Of a DNA stretch of 64,000 nt, positions 57,803-64,000 are shown one piece after another. The stretch is from an uncultured Bacteroidales bacterium (lineage in GTDB: Bacteria; Bacteroidota; Bacteroidia; Bacteroidales; TTA-H9): positions 10,025 through 74,024 of the forward strand of contig CAYUII010000010.1 of NCBI GenBank assembly GCA_964444785.1, given 5' to 3'. Under the pieces are notes generated by a model. The model was given only the letters and a program-made list of their open reading frames with translations, had not been told where the DNA came from and made no database searches. A program made the position numbers and the translations under genes. Each line of letters begins with the position of its first letter. The stretch's first letter is position 1.

Positions 57803-58213
57803 TTGATTAGACGTCGTAAACTTTACTCCGTTGTGCTGCTATTAGCCGCTGGATCCTTTTTATGGATCGGATTCATGCTATGGCAGCACAACCTATCTAA
57901 TCACATTACTCTTTGCCCGATAAAAATAGTAACAGGATACCCTTGTCCGGCCTGCGGTACCACGCGATCTTTATACGAGATTATTCGAGGGCACTTTCTC
58001 ATTGCCTTACATACAAATCCTTTGGGCTATATAGCACTCGTTACCTCAATAGTATTTCCATCCTGGGTATTAATTGATCTTTTAAGAAGGAAGAGTAGTT
58101 TTTATAATTTCTATATAAAGTCAGAAAACCTTCTTAAGAGAAAGCAGGTCTATATTCCACTAATTCTATTAATCTTAGTCAATTGGTTATGGAATCTTAT
58201 AAAACAGATGTAA
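57803..58213 (+). CDS. DUF2752 domain-containing membrane protein; apparent TTG start
   Basis: An N-terminal TM segment is followed by CPIKIVTGYPCPACGTTRS (the CP...G..CP.CG.TR motif of DUF2752). The first in-frame ATG would delete the first TM segment. Confidence 0.7.
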   Translation: MIRRRKLYSVVLLLAAGSFLWIGFMLWQHNLSNHITLCPIKIVTGYPCPACGTTRSLYEIIRGHFLIALHTNPLGYIALVTSIVFPSWVLIDLLRRKSSFYNFYIKSENLLKRKQVYIPLILLILVNWLWNLIKQM

Positions 58214-58641
58214 CAGGAAACTTCTCTTTCCTATATCAGCCGATGGAGCATGAGGCGGAAAAAGCCTCAAATAGCTATCTAATGTCGCTCTTTGCCGTAA
58301 TGGTAGGGCTGCCTATCCCAATTATCAACCTAATTGCCACCTTTATATTCTGGATCAACAACAAAAAAGGCACCTATTTTGTACGTTGGCACTGTATGCA
58401 TGCATTATTATCACAATTCTCTCTTTTATTTGTTAACTCCATTAGTTTTTATTGGACGCTATCGGTCATCTTTGATGCTCTTCCTCTATCCAATTCGTGG
58501 ATTGCCTGGATAATGACTGCCATAATATTCAACCTGGCGGAAGTCGTTATTACGATCCAAGCCGCCATTAAAACACGTAAAGGAAAACATGTGTATTGGA
58601 CCTTCTTTGGCCCTTTAACTGATATTTTGGTCAACCCATAA
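58189..58641 (+). CDS. Small 4-TM membrane protein (DUF4870-like)
   Basis: ORF 58183..58641. The first ATG, at 58189, overlaps the end of the DUF2752 gene. An alternative start is at 58243 (MEHEAEK). The pattern ..NSYLM.L......P.PIINLIA..I.W is reminiscent of DUF4870. Confidence 0.45.
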   Translation: MESYKTDVTGNFSFLYQPMEHEAEKASNSYLMSLFAVMVGLPIPIINLIATFIFWINNKKGTYFVRWHCMHALLSQFSLLFVNSISFYWTLSVIFDALPLSNSWIAWIMTAIIFNLAEVVITIQAAIKTRKGKHVYWTFFGPLTDILVNP

Positions 58642-58726
58642 GTTTCTTGCTAACCAGACAAACGAAAAAAAAGAACCTTAGCAAGGATTACAACCTAAAT
58701 AATGCCATTCTAACAAACAGAAATAG

Positions 58727-59545
58727 ATGAAAAAGCTACTACCTCAATTAGCATTATTAATTGGATCATTTTTGGTAATATGGTTTTTACTTTCAAAAAT
58801 AGATTGGATTAAAATCCTCAAACTTGAGGAGAAAAGTGATCGGATGGAAGAGAAACTAGGGGAGCTACTTTGGAGTACTATAGAATCTCAACAAGTAATT
58901 ATAAAAGACACTTCTGCCATAAACCCAATTGAGCAGATCAAAGAGAGACTCTGCGAATCAAATCAGATTAATCCATCTACTATAAATATTCACCTTATAA
59001 AAAGTGACGAGATCAATGCATTTGCGATGCCGGGAAACCATATCATCATCAATACCGGGTTAATCAATGAGGCTGGATCCGTTCCAGAATTAGCAGGAGT
59101 GATTGCACATGAATTAGCGCATATTCAAAAAGGACATGTTATTCAAAAGCTAATTCGTGAGGTTGGGCTTACTATACTTCTTTCAGCAGCAGGAGGGAAA
59201 GCGGGGGGACAAGTAGCGCTTCAAATTCTAAAACATCTCTCCTCTTCGGCTTATGATAGAAACATGGAGAGGGAGGCCGATAGGTGGGCGATTACCTATT
59301 TATCTAATGCAGGGATCAATCCGAAAGCGCTGGCCAATTTCTTTGAGAGATTAGAAAACAATAAGAGTGCAATAGAGATCCCTTATTGGATTTCAAGCCA
59401 TCCGGAGTTAGAAGATCGAATTAGAGATGTAAAAAGAGAAGCAGAACTAAAGACCTTTGTTGCTAAACCTCTTCTTAGTAAAGAAGATTGGGAAAATCTT
59501 AAGAAGATCTGTAAGCCCTCAGAAGTAGGAGGCTTAACAGAATGA
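58727..59545 (+). CDS. M48 family metallopeptidase, membrane-anchored
   Basis: N-terminal TM segment, HELAHIQKGH (HExxH), and a downstream READRWA (E..AD) motif. Confidence 0.85.
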   Translation: MKKLLPQLALLIGSFLVIWFLLSKIDWIKILKLEEKSDRMEEKLGELLWSTIESQQVIIKDTSAINPIEQIKERLCESNQINPSTINIHLIKSDEINAFAMPGNHIIINTGLINEAGSVPELAGVIAHELAHIQKGHVIQKLIREVGLTILLSAAGGKAGGQVALQILKHLSSSAYDRNMEREADRWAITYLSNAGINPKALANFFERLENNKSAIEIPYWISSHPELEDRIRDVKREAELKTFVAKPLLSKEDWENLKKICKPSEVGGLTE

Positions 59546-59570
59546 AATTGGGTTGAATAAAAGAAGGAAA

Positions 59571-59597
59571 AAGAAAAAGGGTGGCCAATGGCCGCCC
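59571..59597 (-). terminator. Terminator hairpin between the convergent M48 and pheS genes; strong T-run on the pheS strand
   Basis: gggtggcc (59579-59586) pairs with ggccgccc (59590-59597). On the minus strand tttttctttttcc follows. Confidence 0.62.
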
Positions 59598-59628
59598 TTC
59601 TAAAGTATCAACAAACAATTACGATCTA

Positions 59629-60660
59629 TTAATAAACAGACTCGAATTGTTCTAAGAATCTTAGGTCATTTTCAAAATAAAGACGGAGGTCATTGATACG
59701 ATACTTGACCATCGTCATACGCTCGATACCTATTCCAAAGGCGTAACCTGTATAGATCTCTGGATCGATATTACAGTTACGTAGAACATTAGGATCAACC
59801 ATACCACAGCCGAGCACCTCTACCCAGCCAGTGTGTTTACAGATATTACATCCTTCACCGCCACAGATAAGGCAACTGATATCCATTTCAGCTGAAGGTT
59901 CAGTGAATGGGAAGTAAGAAGGTCGGAGCCTTATTTGGGTTTCTGGGCCGAACATCTCGCGGGCAAAAATCAGTAATGCCTGTTTTAAGTCGGCAAAAGA
60001 GACCCCCTTATCAATATATAAACCCTCTACTTGATGGAACATGCAATGAGCTCTGGCAGAGATGGCCTCATTACGGTATACCCTACCGGGGAAGATCTGA
60101 CGAATTGGGGGTTGTCCTGACTCCATCACACGAACCTGTACACTTGAGGTATGAGTTCTAAGAGCTAAGTCACCTCTAACGGGATGATGCTCTACAAAGA
60201 AAGTATCTTGCATATCTCTGGCAGGATGCTCAGGAGGGAAGTTTAATGCAGAAAAGTTATGCCAATCGTCTTCAATCTCGGGGCCTTCAGCAACAGAGAA
60301 ACCCATTTTCAAAAAGATATCGACGATCTGATTGCGAACAATACTGATCGGATGCCGTGTTCCCAGACGAGAAAAATTCACCGGCATAGTCAAGTCAAGA
60401 GATGGTTCATCAGAACCACCGGTAGACTCAACCATCTCCTTCAGCTCATTCAACCTCTCCTGAACCGAGGTCTTAAGACTGTTCAACAACTGACCCATCT
60501 CCTTTCTTTCCTCAGGAGCAACCTTCTTAAAGTCCTCGAACAGGTCATTTAACAAACCCTTTTTTCCTAAGAATTTTACTCGAAAACCCTCGAGCTGCTC
60601 AGCACTTTTAACCTCTAGAGCTTTAATCTCCTCAAGGTATTCACTGATTTTAGTCTTCAT
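59629..60660 (-). CDS. pheS: Phenylalanine--tRNA ligase subunit alpha
   Basis: Class II motifs (HP......I..IF..MGF, FRVYRNE, GFAFG.G.ER) and an N-terminal coiled coil. The start was moved to MKTKISEY (cat at 60658-60660). Confidence 0.95.
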   Translation of the reverse strand: MKTKISEYLEEIKALEVKSAEQLEGFRVKFLGKKGLLNDLFEDFKKVAPEERKEMGQLLNSLKTSVQERLNELKEMVESTGGSDEPSLDLTMPVNFSRLGTRHPISIVRNQIVDIFLKMGFSVAEGPEIEDDWHNFSALNFPPEHPARDMQDTFFVEHHPVRGDLALRTHTSSVQVRVMESGQPPIRQIFPGRVYRNEAISARAHCMFHQVEGLYIDKGVSFADLKQALLIFAREMFGPETQIRLRPSYFPFTEPSAEMDISCLICGGEGCNICKHTGWVEVLGCGMVDPNVLRNCNIDPEIYTGYAFGIGIERMTMVKYRINDLRLYFENDLRFLEQFESVY

Positions 60661-60765
60661 CTGTTTAAATCTAATTTTAAAAGGCCGCCCGGAATACACC
60701 AGATTTAACTTAATCTATCCCGATACGTTAATCTACCTCATCTAGCGTCGAAAGAAACCGACCTG

Positions 60766-61395
60766 TTACTTTATAATTTCAATAGTCATCGAGATTGGCT
60801 CAATGGGCTTGTCACCAGGAGCAGTCTTCACTGCAGCAATCTTATCAATCACATCGAGACCTTCAGTAATTTCTCCGAAGACCGTATAGGTACCATCAAG
60901 ATGAGGAGTACCTCCAACGGTAGTATAGGCTTTCTTCTGCTCCTCTGAAAACTTGACACCCATCTTCTGCTCATACATGCTAATCGTAGCCTCATTAAGG
61001 ATTTGACCCTGTACAATATAAAACTGACTTCCACTTGATTTCCGTTGTGGATTAACCTGATCACCCATTCTGGCAGCGGCTAGTACACCTTTACGATGAA
61101 AGTGTTCGGCCTTAAACTCTGCAGCAATAGTATAGCCAGGATCGGTACGACCATCCTTATTGCCACCACCTTGAATCATAAAGTTATTAATGACACGATG
61201 GAAAGGAGAGTCATTATACCAACCTTCATTAACGAGTTTGATAAAATTATCACGATGCAGTGGCGTGTCGTTATAAAGAACGCCCTTCATGTCACCCTTT
61301 GGGGTGTGAATTACGAATTTTGTCATCTTTTCAACCTTTTGTGCATTAGAAATCAAAGTAAGAGCAAGGAAAAGCCCTAAAAATATCTGTCTCAT
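60766..61395 (-). CDS. Peptidylprolyl isomerase, cyclophilin type, secreted
   Basis: Signal peptide plus FHRVINNFMIQGG, SQFYIV, and HLDG.YTVFG motifs. Confidence 0.92.
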   Translation of the reverse strand: MRQIFLGLFLALTLISNAQKVEKMTKFVIHTPKGDMKGVLYNDTPLHRDNFIKLVNEGWYNDSPFHRVINNFMIQGGGNKDGRTDPGYTIAAEFKAEHFHRKGVLAAARMGDQVNPQRKSSGSQFYIVQGQILNEATISMYEQKMGVKFSEEQKKAYTTVGGTPHLDGTYTVFGEITEGLDVIDKIAAVKTAPGDKPIEPISMTIEIIK

Positions 61396-61649
61396 GATCC
61401 CGTGATTTAATTACAAAAATGAACTCCGGAATGACCACTATACAACCTTTATAGTTATATTGTCTGACCACAAAGGTAATAAAAACAAGCCAACCCACTA
61501 TTTAAGTGTTACACAGCCTTATCAACCTATCAAAAGCAGATACATCAAAAATCAACGCTCAAAATGCCGCAATTCCTATTTGGAATTGACTCAGGAAAAG
61601 ACCAAGCAAACCCGAATTCATTATCTTTACCTCCTCTTGATTTTAAACC

Positions 61650-63443
61650 ATGTCGTCGCGGAAAATAGGATTAACTGAAAAGTTGGTAATTTTCTTTCTA
61701 GTGATTGCTATTCCTGCTATCACAATAATCAGCCTATTTGCATGGAATAGAGCTAAGGAGGCCCTTTTACAGCGAACAAAAGATCAACTAATCTCGGTCA
61801 GAGTTGAAAAAGAATTGGCTCTTCAACGGTTCTTTGATGATCAACTATTGTTAGCCTCTAGGTTGGCGGCTAGTAAAACCCTTAATAACCTAATTAAACA
61901 GTCGGATAAACTCAGACTTAGTTCGACAAACAACCACCGAATAGAGACTTTAAATGATAGTATTCTAAATGAAATATACCGTATTAACCTAGGATCCCTC
62001 ACTGCTTTCCAATGGATTTGGATTGGAAAACCCGGGAAAAAGTCTCTTTTTCTTCATCTACAAGGCTCTCAATCACTCCACCCAGAGTATACCATTCATG
62101 AATTGGCCTTACCAAAGCTTCAACATCAAAACATCACCCCAGGTATTACAGAAACTCCTGATGAGACATCCTTTCCAAGTACCCCACTTACCATTCTTTA
62201 TCCATTGCAGTATGACAGTATATTAATTCTTGCCGGTATTGATACTCTTCAACTTAATGAGCTAATGTTAAACAAAAACCCATATAACGGTCTTGGGAAA
62301 ACCGGTGAGAGTTATCTAATTAATCAGAAAAAAGAGATGATTACCTCTTCTCGCTTTGCAACTCACAAAGGGAAAAGAATCGTGGTCAACACTACTGGTG
62401 TAAACAAGGCCTTCAAAACCATTACTGCTACTGGCATCTATCAAGATTACCGAGACATTGAAGTCATTGGTTCATTTGCACCAGTTACCTATGGAGGCTT
62501 TAAAGGAGTCATTACTGCCGAAATAGACAGTTCTGAAGTCTTTTCCTCCCTTAACAAGTTTCTAAGAGATCTCCTTTTCATCAGTATCTTCTCCTTTTTA
62601 GCCATTTTTATTGCGGCTATTACGATTGCAGTAAGAATGACGAGACCTCTTCGATTATTAAAAGAAGCTTCAGCCAGAATGGCTCTTGGAGAACTTCATC
62701 AGAAAGTAGAAATCACAACAACTGATGAGATAGCCGAGCTTACAGAGACCTTCAATTTAATGTCAACTGCCATATTTGAGAAAAGTCAATTAATTGAGCA
62801 GGAGCGACAGGAGAGGGTTCGAAGTTTAATCGATGGGCAAGAGAAAGAACGACAGAGATTAGCACGGGAGATTCATGACAGCCTAGGGCAGACCCTTTTG
62901 GCAGCCAATTTAATGCTAAGTAGAGCAAAAGAGAGCCACGAGACAGAAAAAGAAGAGCTAATTAACTCTGCAGCTGAACTCATTAAGGGTTCTATTGGGG
63001 AAAGTAGAGCCATTATAAACAACCTAAGACCACCGGTTATCTCTGAATTGGGAATTGAAGAGGCCATCAGAGCCCTTTGTCGCGAAATGAATCTGTCTAC
63101 TGGATTGCAAATTGAGCTTAAGATAGAACAACTTCCCCCTGATCTTCCTGAACATGTCAAAATCTATCTATTCCGTATCCTTCAAGAAGCTCTCAACAAC
63201 ATACAAAAACACGCACAAGCTACTAAAGTAAATATTCTATTCAGTAGAACCCAAACCTCGGTACGCCTGTTTATTAAAGACAACGGAAAAGGCATACACC
63301 AATTAACTCACCTTAAAGCGGGCAATGGAATATCAAACATGAGAGACAGAACGCAACTGCTACAAGGAACATTTAAAATAGATAATTGCGGCTCCATGTC
63401 AACCGGGACTTGCATTACCATAGATATACCATACGGCAAATGA
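61650..63443 (+). CDS. Sensor histidine kinase (Cache-like periplasmic domain, HAMP, HisKA_3, HATPase_c)
   Basis: Two TM segments flank a ~280-aa extracytoplasmic region. It has a HAMP domain (RPLRLLKEAS..), an H-box REIHDSLGQ (NarX/DegS type), an N-box LQEALNNIQKHA, and a G-box DNGKGI. Confidence 0.88.
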   Translation: MSSRKIGLTEKLVIFFLVIAIPAITIISLFAWNRAKEALLQRTKDQLISVRVEKELALQRFFDDQLLLASRLAASKTLNNLIKQSDKLRLSSTNNHRIETLNDSILNEIYRINLGSLTAFQWIWIGKPGKKSLFLHLQGSQSLHPEYTIHELALPKLQHQNITPGITETPDETSFPSTPLTILYPLQYDSILILAGIDTLQLNELMLNKNPYNGLGKTGESYLINQKKEMITSSRFATHKGKRIVVNTTGVNKAFKTITATGIYQDYRDIEVIGSFAPVTYGGFKGVITAEIDSSEVFSSLNKFLRDLLFISIFSFLAIFIAAITIAVRMTRPLRLLKEASARMALGELHQKVEITTTDEIAELTETFNLMSTAIFEKSQLIEQERQERVRSLIDGQEKERQRLAREIHDSLGQTLLAANLMLSRAKESHETEKEELINSAAELIKGSIGESRAIINNLRPPVISELGIEEAIRALCREMNLSTGLQIELKIEQLPPDLPEHVKIYLFRILQEALNNIQKHAQATKVNILFSRTQTSVRLFIKDNGKGIHQLTHLKAGNGISNMRDRTQLLQGTFKIDNCGSMSTGTCITIDIPYGK

Positions 63444-64000
63444 ATCAAACAGATAAAGTCAAAATCATATTATTAGATGATCATTTGATCTTCAGAGATG
63501 GACTGAAATCTCTCCTAGCACAAGACGAGCATGTTTCTATTATTGGAGAAGCTTCAGACGCAGAACAACTATTCAAAATACTCGACCGAGTGATCCCTGA
63601 TGTTCTCATTGCCGATATCTCTCTGCCAGATGAGTCAGGAATTGAGATAACCCGAAGAATGCAAGCTCATTACCAATGTGTCTCTGTCTTAATTCTTTCA
63701 ATGCATAGTTCACAAGAATATGTACTTAGCGCCCTCGATGCAGGGGCTAAAGGTTATCTGCCCAAAGATTGCTCAGCCTCTGAACTTAAAGAAGCCATTC
63801 AGTCATTAGCGAAGGGAGACACCTACTTCAGCCCAACTATATCCGGAACCATCCTCAAGCATCTTTCCAGAAATAACCTAAAAGGGAGTGAAAACATCAA
63901 ATTAACCTCACGGGAAACAGAGATTCTTAGATTAGCTGCCAATGGAAAATCCAATAAGGAGATAGCCTCTGATTTATTTATTAGTCCACGTACCGTTGAT
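63440..64000 (+). CDS. NarL/LuxR-family response regulator; 3-prime end lies beyond the window
   Basis: Its ATG overlaps the kinase TGA (ATGA). Hand translation gives MNQTDKVKIILLDDHLIFRDGLKSLL...DVLIADISLPDESG... followed by LTSRETEILRLAANGKSNKEIA (LuxR HTH). Confidence 0.9.
   Translation, partial: MNQTDKVKIILLDDHLIFRDGLKSLLAQDEHVSIIGEASDAEQLFKILDRVIPDVLIADISLPDESGIEITRRMQAHYQCVSVLILSMHSSQEYVLSALDAGAKGYLPKDCSASELKEAIQSLAKGDTYFSPTISGTILKHLSRNNLKGSENIKLTSRETEILRLAANGKSNKEIASDLFISPRTVD

Noticed and set aside
61460-61678. 72-aa ORF upstream of the sensor kinase. The same applies to 26773..26979, 34314..34511, 50061..50276 and 36604..36804.
   Set aside because: These have non-ATG or weak starts, lysine-rich or low-complexity composition, overlap promoters or neighbouring gene ends, and carry no recognisable motifs.
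1-64000. A window-wide look for CRISPR arrays, tRNA/rRNA genes, transposases or integrases, prophage genes, toxin-antitoxin pairs and known defence-system signatures
   Set aside because: None were seen. There are no regularly spaced direct repeats, no cloverleaf-like GC-rich 75-nt islands in the intergenic regions, and no DDE, tyrosine or serine recombinase motifs in any ORF. The small MazG-like NTP-PPase (50191-50520) is the only protein with a loose link to phage-related nucleotide metabolism, and it has no partner genes.

Overview
By eye this is an AT-rich, gene-dense stretch of core chromosome from a member of the Bacteroidota. The evidence is a fused lpxC-fabZ gene inside an lpxD/lpxC-fabZ/lpxA cluster, many Bacteroidota-restricted DUF families (DUF4783, DUF4834, DUF4252, DUF5686, DUF5687), a GH97 glycosidase, and a TTTG/TAnnTTTG-type promoter upstream of rpmH.

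I support about 52 protein-coding genes. They fall into these groups:
- Replication and translation: dnaX, rnhB, rpmH, pheS, rsmG, and a partial rlmH.
- Lipid A synthesis: lpxA, lpxC-fabZ, lpxD.
- Peptide and amino-acid catabolism: an S9A prolyl oligopeptidase, an M13 peptidase, PepD, a POT transporter, iorAB, pruA, and an ALDH7-type dehydrogenase.
- Envelope functions: an OmpA-like protein, GT4, YfhO, M23 and M48 peptidases, and a glucosaminidase with LysM domains.
- Regulation: one ECF sigma module, one HisKA_3/NarL two-component pair, and one orphan receiver.

I found no rRNA, tRNA, CRISPR array, transposase, integrase, or recognisable defence or toxin-antitoxin system. rpmH (54 aa) is absent from the supplied ORF track, and I recovered it by hand.

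The most unusual signal is non-coding. Three intergenic elements (14420-14543, 31621-31890, 51131-51400) share terminal inverted repeats that are polypyrimidine on one arm and polypurine on the other. The arms are built from 11-nt units with a CpG once per unit. The two long copies have ORF-free interiors of almost identical length (187 and 188 nt). I cannot assign them to any RNA or IS family I know.

Secondary candidates are:
- an outer-membrane-type protein carrying ComEA-like helix-hairpin-helix motifs, paired with a small beta-barrel gene;
- an ABC/DUF5687/DUF5686 set co-directional with the lpx genes;
- a TM2/DUF2752/DUF4870-like/M48 membrane-protein cluster.

All protein calls come from motif recognition in the supplied translations. 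No searches were run.
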